The notes under the pieces are model-generated. The model was not told the origin of the DNA, searched no databases, and was given only the letters and a program-made list of their open reading frames with translations. DNA of 63,871 nucleotides, filler included, from Octopus bimaculoides (lineage: Eukaryota), in assembly GCF_001194135.2 (NCBI RefSeq). It is 5 parts of 5 records of this genome, joined end to end, with 100 filler letters (N's around TTAATTAATTAA, not from the genome) between each part and the next. Parts side by side here need not be neighbours in the genome. Positions count along the whole stretch, not along the records: positions 1 to 26,926 come from NC_069003.1; positions 27,027 to 51,423 come from NC_069004.1; 3 more parts are not named here. The stretch is one strand, 5' to 3'. How positions within the stretch are numbered: the stretch's first letter is position 1; each line of letters opens with the position of its first letter. The translations under genes and the position numbers were made by a program. Of this stretch, positions 14,772 to 29,279 are shown one piece after another.

Positions 14772-15332
14772 CACACACGCACACACACACACTCAAACAC
14801 ACAAACACACACACACATACAATATATATATACATACATTAATATATTGACATATATACATATATACATATATACATATATATACGTATGCATATATACA
14901 TACATATATATATATATGTATGTGTGTGAAGTGTGTGTGTGTGTGGGTGTGTGGGTGTGTTGGCTACTCACTTATCTGTAAAATATGTAGTACTAAAAGA
15001 CTATCATATCATATGATTCTGGTACAAATTTTAATCATGTTTGCAGTAAATCTATCAAGTACAAAGGCAACTGAATACAGAAACTGTGCCAAATCCCGTG
15101 CATGTAATGAAATAAAACAGATGCTTTATCTTTATCTTTTCTTTTACTTCAGGCGGGTTTAGGTGGCCAAATCGCGCCACGTACGTATTTCTTTACAGAC
15201 TCGTACTTATTGTTTAGGCCTGATTCGCGGAACTGGTATGTTATAAGGACGTAAACAAACCAACTCCAGATGTCTGGCTGTTAACCGGGTGTGGGAGTAA
15301 GCACGTACAAATATATACAGACGTATATGCAT

Positions 15333-15394
<62 letters not shown>

Positions 15395-16374
15395 TACGCA
15401 ACCTGACGACTAAAGACAAAAAGAGAGAAGACAAAACTGACGGTAAAACGAGTTTTTTAACCACAGAGTCATGCCACAATAATGTCTACAATAATGTCAT
15501 GCCACAATAATGTCTACAATAATCATCTTTATGTAAAAGTCACTAATGGCCGCCTTTTCCTCACCCAAATATAATACATTGTGAAGACAAGTGATTCAGC
15601 GATAGACGTGTATTTCTTCTGATATCACACAATGTGAATCTAAACTTATGTGAATTGTTTTATAGAAGCAATTTAAGCTCTTTCGTCCTTGAAGCTAAAA
15701 CTGAAAGGGTTTTAATATTACTTTTATAACTATCGATACGCAATTCAGTTTCCGTGAGCTTGATTCCTTGTAGTTGGAGCATTATGACATGTGATTTTAT
15801 GGGCTTTAAATGTAATATATGGCGTACTACACTTTATTCAACTCCACATTCCAAGTTTTAACTGATTTAGCTTTTTGAATGGTTGTCATAATCAGTTTTT
15901 ACGGTATACAAATGCAACTTGGCTCCTGGTTGCATTTGATAATGTACAATCTGTTGCAAGCATTCAAGTCAATTTTTTCTTAGGAAATAACCTCTCTTTC
16001 TCTCCACCAATTCAGCCGTTCGTGCTGAGTGAAAATGTATGCCGTCTTTCCTGTTCTGACTCAGCCATAAAATATATATCGATATTTCACGTGTATCTAG
16101 TGTATATTCCCAAGACATTCTTTGATATGGAAAACAATTAATTGGAAATCAGCCGAGTGGGATTTGAACTGTAAACTAAAAATAATTTAATTAAATACTG
16201 CGAAGCACTTAGATTAGAATTACATCAATTCCTGTCATCCACCTGTGCTAGGACATCATTGAATGTTGATTATAGATCAATAATCGATAAAAATGACGTG
16301 TTGAAACCATGTACACACACGCGCGAACGCACATACACACACATACACACATACACACGCACACACATACATGT

Positions 16375-16500
16375 AAGCAACAGGCTTCTTTAAGTTACCG
16401 TCTGCTAAATCTAATATATTCTAACCGAGGCGATGGTAGAAGACGCTTTTTCCAGGTGCCCCGCAATAGGACTGAACCCGAAACCATGTGGTTGGGAAGC
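16375..16500 (-). mobile_element. Degenerate SINE family B head
   Basis: GGACTGAACCCGAAACCATGTGGTTGGGAAGC matches the family B head (reverse). Confidence 0.65.
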
Positions 16501-17336
16501 AAACTTGGAGCTTTTGCAACAGACGTCTATTTTAATGAGATAGTAGCGATGCCTATATTTTGAGTTATCGGATAGAAAAAAAAGTTCAATTGATCTGTTT
16601 CTGAATCACAAGGAAAACGTACAGTCTTTCTCTTTCATCACATTTATTCATCTACATCCATTTTTTCTTATATTTGGTTAACTCCAAGTTGACACTAATG
16701 GAGCCGATCTTTGAAAAAATGCGTGCAAAACAAATTTTATCGTTTTTTTTTATATCAATAATATACGTCCGTAATTTTTTGAAGACAATATATTTTGAAT
16801 TTAGCGTATTCGATTTCTATTTCCTGCAGGTCAAGATTAGACGCGGAGGCTTCATTGCGATCTCGACGACCAAGATTTATTAAGCAATAAGTAGGGGAAA
16901 ATAATAAATTTGCCATTTAGATGCGGAGAAGTATCTGCAGGTATATAAAGTAAATATCTTAAATACAAACAGGGATTTAGAGGGAATAAATATATTTCCC
17001 ATCCATATGAGTGTTTATGAAGTTTGTTCGTCTATGTGTATTTTCATGCATTTGTAAATACACTCACACAAACAGATATACACACGTACACAGACATATC
17101 TATGACTGTACGTAGATTTATAGATACGTACAAGGACACTAACACATGCTCATATATGTGTATATGGAAGCATATTTAAATATCCTTCGCAAAGGATAAA
17201 TCATGCACACACAGGTAAACATTCATGCGCATGGAAATACGTGTCTACGTTAGTATAATACTTACGTTAAGTTATTTATACATATGCCAATAAAAACACG
17301 ACTGACGTTTCAAAAACATACAAATAAATACACACA

Positions 17337-17382
<46 letters not shown>

Positions 17383-18332
17383 NNNNNNNNNNNNNNNNNN
17401 NNNNNNNNNNNNNNNNNNNNNNNNNNNNNNNNNNNNNNNNNNNNNNNNNNNNNNNNNNNNNNNNNNNNNNNNNNNNNNNNNNNNNNNNNNNNNNNNNNNN
17501 NNNNNNNNNNNNNNNNNNNNNNNNNNNNNNNNNNNNNNNNNNNNNNNNNNNNNNNNNNNNNNNNNNNNNNNNNNNNNNNNNNNNNNNNNNNNNNNNNNNN
17601 NNNNNNNNNNNNNNNNNNNNNNNNNNNNNNNNNNNNNNNNNNNNNNNNNNNNTATATATATATATATATATATGCATAGGCGTGTTTGTGTGTGTGTTGG
17701 TGCCTGGGTGTGTGTGCATTCGTTTACACGACACATATGTGTGAATGGGGTCTATATATATAGCCATGAATACACACTGAAACGCAACTATAAATGCATT
17801 TGTGTCTGCATGCATATGCGTGTCAGTGTGCGCATATAGTCAGGTGTGCGTGTGTGCATGTGTGTGGTTGCGTGTATGTGTGTGCATGCATGTGTGTGTG
17901 CGTGCATGTGTGTGTGTGAGTGTGCAAAGCTTCACAAACTCGAATATATATGTATAGTTCAGAAATCTCATAAATCATAAAATATTCAAAGATCATTGCT
18001 AGATAAACCAGCTTTAAAACGCTGTTACTTTCCAAATGCAGGGATTAACAACAAAAACGACAAAAAGCACAAACCAAAAAGAAAATAAAAATAACAGGAC
18101 AACAAACATGACGATCCTAACATAAATAATCAGGTAATTTTTCTTCTTTCTCTTTCTTTCTTCATTTTTCTTTCTCTATTTCTCTTTCTTATTCTTTCTT
18201 TCTTTCCATAAATATTATTCTCATTTGTGTTTTTCTCAAGGTCAGCCGCATCTTTACGTTTGGCAAAGAAGTAATGACCAGATATGCTAGATATGAGTCT
18301 TATATATAGATATATATATATATATATAAATC

Positions 18333-18721
18333 GTGGCACTCCTTCTCTTACGACGTCGAGGGTTCCAGCTGATACGATCAAAGGAACAGCTTGCTCGTGA
18401 AATTAACGTGCAATTGGCTCAGCACTCTACAGCCACGCGTATCCTCAACGTAGTTCTCGGAGAGATTCAGCGTGATGCGCAGTGTGACAAGGCTGGCCCT
18501 TCGAGATACAGGTACAACAGAAACAGGAAGAAAGAGTGAGAGAAAGTTGTGGTGAAAGAGTACAGCAAGGTTCGCTACCCCCCGCCACCTCCTACCAGAT
18601 CCGCGTGGAGCTTAAAGTGTTTTCGCTCAATAAACACTAAGAACACCCGGTCTGTGAATCGAAACCGCGATCCTACGACCGCGAGTCCGCTGCCCCAACC
18701 ACTGGGCCATTGCGCGTCCAC
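18333..18721 (-). mobile_element. tRNA-derived SINE, family A (full-length)
   Basis: Head GTGGACGCGCAATGGCCCAGTGG...GGTTTCGATTC; homologous to the copies at 25026, 36079 and 45317. Confidence 0.9.
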
Positions 18722-19619
18722 ATGAGTGTATANNNNNNNNNNNNNNNNNNNNNNNNNNNNNNNNNNNNNNNNNNNNNNNNNNNNNNNNNNNNNNNNNNNN
18801 NNNNNNNNNNNNNNNNNNNNNNNNNNNNNNNNNNNNNNNNNNNNNNNNNNNNNNNNNNNNNNNNNNNNNNNNNNNNNNNNNNNNNNNNNNNNNNNNNNNN
18901 NNNNNNNNNNNNNNNNNNNNNNNNNNNNNNNNNNNNNNNNNNNNNNNNNNNNNNNNNNNNNNNNNNNNNNNNNNNNNNNNNNNNNNNNNNNNNNNNNNNN
19001 NNNNNNNNNNNNNNNNNNNNNNNNNNNNNNNNNNNNNNNNNNNNNNNNNNNNNNNNNNNNNNNNNNNNNNNNNNNNNNNNNNNNNNNNNNNNNNNNNNNN
19101 NNNNNNNNNNNNNNNNNNNNNNNNNNNNNNNNNNNNNNNNNNNNNNNNNNNNNNNNNNNNNNNNNNNNNNNNNNNNNNNNNNNNNNNNNNNNNNNNNNNN
19201 NNNNNNNNNNNNNNNNNNNNNNNNNNNNNNNNNNNNNNNNNNNNNNNNNNNNNNNNNNNNNNNNNNNNNNNNNNNNNNNNNNNNNNNNNNNNNNNNNNNN
19301 NNNNNNNNNNNNNNNNNNNNNNNNNNNNNNNNNNNNNNNNNNNNNNNNNNNNNNNNNNNNNNNNNNNNNNNNNNNNNNNNNNNNTATATATATATATATA
19401 TATATATATGTATGCATGTATGTATGTATGTGTGTGTTTGTCTGCGTGTGTGTATAGATATTATTTGCATCAGCCTGCTATGAACACCCCTTCTTTAGAA
19501 AGTGAAATGACAACATAGGTTATAAAATGAAAGAATTTAACAATCCTCCAACAATCTTTAAAAACATTGTAGATAATTCAGTTCGGAAAGCAACTGTTTA
19601 CTCCTTCTGCGAGTAAGAC

Positions 19620-19730
19620 AAGAAATCACCTTCAGTTTCCCTTCTTGTCTCATGTCTGTCTGACGATGTATGCTCGAAACGTCAAAAACATCTATTCCCC
19701 ACCTCTACTGAGCGTCAGACTAATACATTC
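19620..19730 (+). mobile_element. Related Penelope-like terminus with hammerhead-like core
   Basis: CTGACGA-TGTATGCTC-GAAAC-GTC at 19660-19683; downstream sequence resembles the reverse complement of 3480-3520. Confidence 0.4.
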
Positions 19731-20189
19731 CATACATAAATATACATATATTGCATTTGAAACTGTTACGAACGGTAAAGCCAAGTAGCCAAGTAAAAAT
19801 GAATCAAAAAATGAAAATATGTATATATGAAATTTTATGGAACAAGGAACGTAGAACCATACCATTTGTCGCACCGTGCCCAGAATGCCATCGGCAGCAA
19901 CGTCATGACGTACAACACAATATCGCCCTCACAAAAACAACTGACTCTCCCTATTCTGTGTAAGAATAAAATGTATGTCGTCATGAAAATTAATATTTCA
20001 AGAAATGGTGAAACATATTCGTTGTAGTAGAACATAATTACATAATTCTTTGGGAAATAAATCTACATGACACGTGAAAAGATCGGACTAAGTGATTTGT
20101 AATTGAAAATCAATGAAGCGTACCACATCATAAATACATATACATTACATACATTAGCACACAGGCACACATTTATATATGTGAATATG

Positions 20190-20272
<83 letters not shown>

Positions 20273-21155
20273 NNNNNNNNNNNNNNNNNNNNNNNNNNNN
20301 NNNNNNNNNNNNNNNNNNNNNNNNNNNNNNNNNNNNNNNNNNNNNNNNNNNNNNNNNNNNNNNNNNNNNNNNNNNNNNNNNNNNNNNNNNNNNNNNNNNN
20401 NNNNNNNNNNNNNNNNNNNNNNNNNNNNNNNNNNNNNNNNNNNNNNNNNNNNNNNNNNNNNNNNNNNNNNNNNNNNNNNNNNNNNNNNNNNNNNNNNNNN
20501 NNNNNNNNNNNNNNNNNNNNNNNNNNNNNNNNNNNNNNNNNNNNNNNNNNNNNNNNNNNNNNNNNNNNNNNNNNNNNNNNNNNNNNNNNNNNNNNNNNNN
20601 NNNNNNNNNNNNNNNNNNNNNNNNNNNNNNNNNNNNNNNNNNNNNNNNNNNNNNNNNNNNNNNNNNNNNNNNNNNNNNNNNNNNNNNNNNNNNNNNNNNN
20701 NNNNNNNNNNNNNNNNNNNNNNNNNNNNNNNNNNNNNNNNNNNNNNNNNNNNNNNNNNNNNNNNNNNNNNNNNNNNNNNNNNNNNNNNNNNNNNNNNNNN
20801 NNNNNNNNNNNNNNNNNNNNNNNNNNNNNNNNNNNNNNNNNNNNNNNNNNNNNNNNNNNNNNNNNNNNNNNNNNNNNNNNNNNNNNNNNNNNNNNNNNNN
20901 NNNNNNNNNNNNNNNNNNNNNNNNNNNNNNNNNNNNNNNNNNNNNNNNNNNNGATATATATGTGTAGTCTGTTTCCAACACACATTTTGGAAACTGGTCA
21001 TATTAATATCTGAAAATTGAATATAACATTTAATTTGAACTTAAATGACTGGAGTAGATAGATTGTTTGATGATATACTTTTTACGCACACACACACACA
21101 CACACACACATACACACGGATACACGCATAGGCACAGACACACACACACACACAT

Positions 21156-21198
<43 letters not shown>

Positions 21199-21444
21199 AA
21201 AAAAAACACAATCACACACAAACACAGGTGGTTTGGTTTTATGAAAGAATTGTTCATATACAGTGAAATAAGTACAAGAAAGAGGAATTCTGAAAATGTC
21301 ATGATTTCTTAACATAAAAACGTACATTGGCGTAATTGTATATACATAAATTCTAGAATTTATGTGAGATCAGAATCTATGGAAGTTTATTGAACTTTTA
21401 GAAGCAAATCGCTTGGGATTGAGCCTTCATATCTTTCTATTTGC

Positions 21445-21484
<40 letters not shown>

Positions 21485-21500
21485 ACATACATACATACAT

Positions 21501-21574
<74 letters not shown>

Positions 21575-22964
21575 GTACGTACGTACATATACATACACAC
21601 GAACACACATACTCACATATATATATACGTCTCAGACGGAGAGTTTGTCGTGGTTATATTTACTTTTAATATACATCTTGCGGAGGCTCCACGATGCATC
21701 TTTAGTGCTGCTTCTGGGGGCCTCATGCGGTTTCGTGCCTTTCAACATCAGACCCCACTCTTCTTGTTGATCTAGCTGGTGTTAAACAAGTCCCAGCTTG
21801 CATGCCAATAGCAGCGACGTACTTATTTGTCCTCTTCATCCAATGTCACGTAGTTGCCTTTCCTACTGTTTCAATGATGGAACTTATAACCCGACTGTTA
21901 TTAATTGAGAACATACGAATTTGTTCGGCTGTATTTTCATGTTCTTTACAGGAAAACTCATAATTGTGCTGGAATTAATTCATAAAAAACTTTGATCTTA
22001 ATCTACAATACATAAATTCCATAGTTTCAAAGTGGTTAATAAATATATCGATCTGCTGCAAATGTATTTAGAAGTTCCTTCAGCTGAAGAAAAATTTAGT
22101 CAGTGACAATGTCATTAAAAGAATAAAATAAGACTGAGAACAATTGTCGTCTCGTTTTCTATGTCTCCCCCACCAAGAGAAAAGAAAAAAATATTGCTAA
22201 AACGCGTGAAAGAGGAGCAAGGCTATGAATTGCAGTTAATCAATGACACTAAAACACGATGGACTATTTTCTTTTGGAATATTGCAAAGAGTCATGTTCA
22301 ATAAAAGCAGTATGGTAAAATTTATGATCGATACCAAGCAACGTCTTGACTTTTGTTACAATGAATTTAACGCCATTCGTACTGTTGTATCAACTTTGGA
22401 ATCAATTAAAATTGGAGTTGAAAAGATGACGCTTCGATATCTGCAGAGACCGTACTTGTTTTTATTCTAGAAAAATTGAATTGCTAAAATGCCCCGAATG
22501 TCCCACTTGCCGAGAGAATTTGGAATGTGTCAAATAAAGAACAGAACAGCAAAGAAATAAATAAAATCTGATTGGACTAATGAAGTATTTGGATAATGCT
22601 TTTTGATTTTTGGATAAACTTAACTCTATCCACGCGTTTGTCATCGGAGACCATTTTGCAAAATAGCTAAAAGAATTTGTATGAAAAATATGTTTATGAG
22701 TTTCTCAAGAGATCTTTAAATTTAGGAACAAGAACCCATGATAAATGTAGCATCCACTCCATCAAAATAGAAGAAAGATTAAACGGTTCTATTGACACAA
22801 TTTTTGAAAAGAAACCCAGAAGAGCATTAAATCGCCTGATACAAAAAAAAAAAAGGAAGAAAAAGCAAACTATGGTAGAGATAATCATGTTTGAAATTAC
22901 TGATCATGGGATTATTCATTGTCTTCAAATTCCGTCGATGTAATATGTCCTAAACTTCCAACGA

Positions 22965-22969
<5 letters not shown>

Positions 22970-23060
<91 letters not shown>

Positions 23061-23095
23061 TAGAGACAGAGAGAGAGACAGAGAGAGAGATAGAG
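22970..23095. repeat. (AG)n/(AGAC) microsatellite
   Basis: Direct reading. Confidence 0.95.
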
Positions 23096-23677
23096 ACATT
23101 TATATCCACAGCTGCCAGTGAGTTTAAGGACTTTATCTCATGGAGATGAGGAAAATGATAGAAGAAATATATGTATGCGCTTCACTCTTTGATAAAGTTT
23201 CTTCATAGCAGGAAAAAAAATAAAAAACACAACAAAAAAGAAACATAGAAACAGCATAAAGAAATACAGAAGGAATTTTCTTCACTCAAGTAGAACTCAC
23301 GTTACGTAAGACGCAGTTCTCAGTTATACATTTTGTATACACACACAAAAACACACACACATACGCACATATTTTTGGGTATTGTTCATTGTAGAGACTA
23401 ACGAAAGTTTTGGAAAAACGTTTGAAAGACCAGATCGTCACTGATTATTGTATAATATATCAAATTTTTATTTTAGTGTTTCAGATGAAAGCTTAATTAC
23501 ATACGAAATGAAATATCGCTTCATCTTGTGAACCATCGGAGTATTGAGTATTTGATATTGCTCAGGTGTTTCGAGAGATGAGACGATAGATTCTATCGTA
23601 AATATAATTTATATGGTGTGTAGGTATATGTATGGAGGTCTGTACATATGTATGTAGGTGTGTACATGTGTATGTAG

Positions 23678-23721
<44 letters not shown>

Positions 23722-23765
23722 TATATATATATGTGTATATATATATATATGAATANNNNNNNNNN

Positions 23766-23817
<52 letters not shown>

Positions 23818-24739
23818 TCACACACACATATACATATAAACATATGTGTATGTCTGTACACATAGAAAGGAAGGAAAGAGTTATGTGCGTATGTATACAT
23901 ATATCTAATCTAACTATCTATCTATATATATATAGCTAGCTAGCTAGATAGATAGACAGTTAGAAAGGTAGATAGGTAGATAGACAGATATCGATAGATA
24001 TATATATAGATAAATAGATAGATATGTATGTATTTATGTATATACACATATACACACTTAAAAATTTAGACTCCGTCAACACGACCTCTCTCACACGCAA
24101 ACACACACATACACATATATAAATACATTTATACACATGCATAGAAATATATATATGCTTTTGTGTCTGTTGAAGCGTCTTACTTTATGCTCGCTCATTC
24201 GTATTTATGTATGCATTCATGCATATATATGTGTGTGTGTATGAATGTGCCTGTAATTGTTTCTGTGTCTGTGTGCAGATGTCTGTTCCTGTTTATATAT
24301 ATATATATATATATGTATATGTATATGTATATATATGTAATGTATGTGTGGTTTATGTATGCGTAAATATCCTTTTAATTATTATTATGTTAGATTACAG
24401 GTTGCAGACATCTTGGACGAAAGCCAAAATTTTAACAGCTTTGAACTGAACACCGTAATAATAAGTTTAGTCAACAGGGTCAACCTAAGCACACATCTAC
24501 AGCAATTCCCATCGCTTGTAATAAACTAGAAGCTTGTCAGCTGATAAAAGAGCCTCTACGTAGACGATTGAAATGGACGAATTATTCAGCAATTCGCCCT
24601 GAAATTCGCTGGTAAGAGTTCTCATTTATAGTGTCATGTAATGCGGTTTAATTAATGCGGAAGACTAGATGGTAGGGCCACGACTGGGATGGCAATGAGG
24701 TATTGGTCTGTCTATTCTTTCAGGTCTGGCCTGATGATG

Positions 24740-24925
24740 CGAAAGACGAACATCAACAACAGCAGTGGCAGAAGCAAAAACAAGAATAGCAACATTGTTG
24801 TCACCACCACCATCACAACTACGACAATGACCACCATCATGATCACCACCGCCACCACTGCCACCACCTCCACAGCCATTACGACGACGACGATGACCAC
24901 CACCACCACCACCACCACCACCAGA
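24740..24925. repeat. Degenerate (ACC/ACG/AAC)n trinucleotide tract
   Basis: Direct reading. Confidence 0.85.
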
Positions 24926-25025
24926 CCGTAAAGACCGACGAAATACTGCTAAGCAATTCGCCCGTCTTCCATTCTGTTCAATATTGATCATTAATTTCGG
25001 TTACACAATGAATACTTGTTCCGCT

Positions 25026-25364
25026 TGTTGTTGGCACTCCGTCGCTTACAGACGTCGAGGGTCCCAGTTGATCCGATCAATGGAACAGCCTGCTCGTGAA
25101 ATTAACGTGCAAGTGGCTGAGCACTCCACAGACACGTGTACTTTTAACGTAGTTCTCAGGGATATTCAGCGTGACACAGAGTGTGACAAGCCTGAGCCTT
25201 TGAATTACAGGCACAACAGAAACAGGAAGTAAGAGTGAGCGAAAGTTGTGGTGAAAGTACAGCAGGGTTCGCCACCATCCTCTGCCGGAGCCTCGTGCAG
25301 CTTTAGGTGTTTTCGCTCAATAAACACTCACAACGCCCTATCCACTGGGCCATTGCGCCTCCAC
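25026..25364 (-). mobile_element. SINE family A with an internal deletion in the tRNA head
   Basis: Colinear with 45317-45698 except for a deletion between two GCCC motifs at 25335-25338. Confidence 0.9.
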
Positions 25365-26113
25365 ACTTGTTCCATATAAAGGCGTAATATAGGATATAAG
25401 AAAGATATCACAACAATATCGAACTGGCCGTATGAGAATTTACAGCACAATCGATCTCTGTATATGTCCGCATGAAGCTTGTTTATAAATATATGCATGT
25501 TGAAAGTATAAGCAGCTTTTTTGATCTCTATTTGAAGATGTTTGTACGCCATCTTAGGTAGGTATTATATCAAGAGTTTCCCATGCTAAGTGGAATGTTT
25601 GTTTCTAGTTTAGCCTGTAATTACATCTGTTTGAAAGTCGTAGAGGCGCAGCAAGTGACCTAACTACCGATTAATAGTTATATGTATGAATGCATGTACA
25701 TNNNNNNNNNNNNNNNNNNNNNNNNNNNNNNNNNNNNNNNNNNNNNNNNNNNNNNNNNNNNNNNNNNNNNNNNNNNNNNNNNNNNNNNNNNNNNNNNNNN
25801 NNNNNNNNNNNNNNNNNNNNNNNNNNNNNNNNNNNNNNNNNNNNNNNNNNNNNNNNNNNNNNNNNNNNNNNNNNNNNNNNNNNNNNNNNNNNNNNNNNNN
25901 NNNNNNNNNNNNNNNNNNNNNNNNNNNNNNNNNNNNNNNNNNNNNNNNNNNNNNNNNNNNNNNNNNNNNNNNNNNNNNNNNNNNNNNNNNNNNNNNNNNN
26001 NNNNNNNNNNNNNNNNNNNNNNNNNNNNNNNNNNNNNNNNNNNNNNNNNNNNNNNNNNNNNNNNNNNNNNNNNNNNNNNNNNNNNNNNNNNNNNNNNNNN
26101 NNNNNNNNNNNNN

Positions 26114-26148
<35 letters not shown>

Positions 26149-26816
26149 TGTAAATAAGTATATATATATGCATGTATATATATGTTTATAGATATATACA
26201 TGTTTATGTATATATATATATTTCTATACATTCTGAATGTTTACAAATATGGAAGTCTACATATGTGTATATACATATATACATGCATATATGTATATAT
26301 AAGGACATGTAAATATAAATATAAGTGTATGTATGTATATACATGAATATATGTGTGAGGGTGTGTATTTGTCTTGTTCGCATGTGTATGTATATCCAAT
26401 TATATACACTTAGGCGTATGGTTAGATGGATATTGTGTATTCACACATGTCCATCTATCCATACATCCATTTATAAATACATATGTTCATACGTACATAC
26501 ATACATGTATACATACAAATATATTCAAGCATGTATGTATATATATATATATATATACATATATATGTAACTAAACATGTTTTCATAAACACGCACAAGC
26601 AATTATATATATGTATATATGTATATATATATATATATATACTTACATACATATACACACATATACACACACATATACATATTTACATATATGTACATGT
26701 TTCTATATCAATATCATAACACGCCTGAATCTGTATAATTGCCTGTACATCGACATACGCATACACCAACACACACACACGCACACGCACACACATACAC
26801 AAACATACACACATAT

Positions 26817-26883
<67 letters not shown>

Positions 26884-26926
26884 CACATAGATATTTGTAT
26901 GTACGTATGTGTATATGTATGTATGC

Positions 26927-27026
26927 NNNNNNNNNNNNNNNNNNNNNNNNNNNNNNNNNNNNNNNNNNNNTTAATTAATTAANNNNNNNNNNNNNNNNNN
27001 NNNNNNNNNNNNNNNNNNNNNNNNNN
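26927..27026. other. Artificial scaffold-joining spacer (44N-TTAATTAATTAA-44N)
   Basis: Exactly 100 nt; the 12-mer gives stop codons in all six frames. Confidence 0.95.
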
Positions 27027-28158
27027 ACACACACACCGAACACCAGCGTTGTTGTTGTTATTATTATTATTAGTAGTAGTAGTAATAATATGTAGTGTCC
27101 GGTCTCACGGTTATTGTTTTCTTGCCATAGCAAAGTATAATTGAGTGCAAACTGTAGTAGCAGTCGAGTTTGAAAATATAACTCGACGGAAAGGAGATTT
27201 TACTGTGGAAAAATGTGGCTTGGTTTTCTCCGTTCAGGTAAAAAGAAATTCAAAAAACTGAAGGAAAAAAATCCTAAAATTATATTAATTTGCGTTATTA
27301 ATTAAATTATGCATTTATTGTAAACTTCACACTACTTATTTAATTACGTAGCAAATTGTTACTGTGTATGTGTTTTTGTTTTCGTGTTAACTATCTGTTG
27401 TTTTCTTTATTTATTTTTCTCTGCTTTATTTGTATGTCGAATGTCAATGTTGATATTTTATTAGAAACACTTCTGTCTTCGATAACATTTCTCTATCGTC
27501 TTTATTTTTAATGATATTTTTTCGGTCCAAATCCTCAAATTTTGCTGAGAGGTTAACAGACAATTTAATCGACACCAGAACTTAATTAATACTATATTTT
27601 ATCGACCCCCCCCCCCCCAACAAATAGGTAGCTTGTACTTTATTTTATTAATTCCAGTACTTGACTGGTACTTCGTTTTTACCTTTATAACAGCGAGTTT
27701 GTTGCGTATACAATATAAGAAATCTCACTATTTATCTCTGCAGTAATGTAAACTGTAACAACGCCAGAATAAGATACTTTGGCCACAAGGGCAACAAAAT
27801 ACCAGTAGAGCATAAAAACATTTAACCAGCAACAATACTTCAATACACAAAAACCTGGCTACTGTATGCAATTAGGTGCACTACAACACGTCTGAAAAAA
27901 GGTAAAAGGGGGGACAGAAAGGTATAAGTAAGGTAAAGACAACAGCGATAATCAAAAGTAGATGCATAGTACACAGAATAAAACATCAAAAGGAAAGAAA
28001 ATTGAACAGAAAAAAGGAACCATAAAGACGAAAGGGGTACATAGGAAAGATAGGAGTAGTGTTGCAGAATTTCAGAAAGCATGAAGTTGTTAACAACTGA
28101 CACAGGTAGTCTATTTCCATGCTTTGTGGAAAATGTTTCTGAAAGTTATGAGTAGAGT

Positions 28159-28219
<61 letters not shown>

Positions 28220-28456
28220 NNNNNNNNNNNNNNNNNNNNNNNNNNNNNNNNNNNNNNNNNNNNNNNNNNNNNNNNNNNNNNNNNNNNNNNNNNNNNNNNN
28301 NNNNNNNNNNNNNNNNNNNNNNNNNNNNNNNNNNNNNNNNNNNNNNNNNNNNNNNNNNNNNNNNNNNNNNNNNNNNNNNNNNNNNNNNNNNNNNNNNNNN
28401 NNNNNNNNNNNNNNNNNNNNNNNNNNNNNNNNNNNNNNNNNNNNNNNNNNNNNNNN

Positions 28457-28490
<34 letters not shown>

Positions 28491-28554
28491 GTATTCCATG
28501 TCCATAGGTGACGAGAGATATTAAATTTTAAAATGTGGCCAAATTTATTGGAAA

Positions 28555-28745
28555 GATGATGGATAATCTTGCAGGTTTCTTATCAAGTCAGCTACTAAAT
28601 GCCGAAACTTTAGTGTGTCCAATGCTGGTACTTTATTTTATCGACTCTGAAATGATGAAAAGCCAGGTTTACTTTAGAGGGATTCGAAACCAAAACATAA
28701 AAAGGTAATAACTAAATGCAATAAGATATTTTGTTCGATGCACAA
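28555..28745 (-). mobile_element. SINE family C, diverged
   Basis: GCTGGTACTTTATTTTATCGACTCTGAAATGATGAAAAG. Confidence 0.65.
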
Positions 28746-29279
28746 CCGAATTGGTCACTATCTCGTTCTTTAATCTTACACAATGATTTCTAGGTATTGA
28801 CATAAAATATAATTGATTTTGGAAAAGGAATAGGATCAACTGAACCAATCGTAAAGCTTCTTTTTTTTTTCTGTTGATACTTGATTGCTAAAACAAAGTC
28901 GACTCGGAAAGTATTTGAACGTGGAATTTGAAATACGACATAGAGAATGTTTTCGATCGCTTTTCTCCAACTTCTGTCATATTTATTTGTCTGTCATCGT
29001 TGTTATTAAAATGAAATTCACCAAACCAGTCTCTACGTTTGTGGTTAGACTGGTTAGAAATAGCAGCTGAGATCTTCAAAATACACTCTGCTGTCTTAAA
29101 CCGGGGAAAAAAAAAAACACGATAGATAACGTAGGCTTAGACTCCTGAAAACTGACTGGACTGTTTATGGTTGGAATGGCCTTTTACCGTAAGTTTGCTT
29201 GGTCAAGACTAACGTGGAGCTTAATAAATATCAAATAATTTAAAAGTGAGAGAGAGGAAAACATGAGAAGAAAAGAAAA

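Noticed and set aside
21715-21765. Hammerhead-like CTGATG...GAAAC on the minus strand
   Set aside because: The core A9 and the cleavage-site U are missing and helices I and II do not pair convincingly.
24588-24963. 12-bp direct repeat AGCAATTCGCCC as a target-site duplication
   Set aside because: Both copies resemble the same SINE family C head segment, so they are independent remnants.
28888-29079. Minus-strand ORF as a divergent gene from the candidate promoter
   Set aside because: It stops before any donor site and shows no homology.
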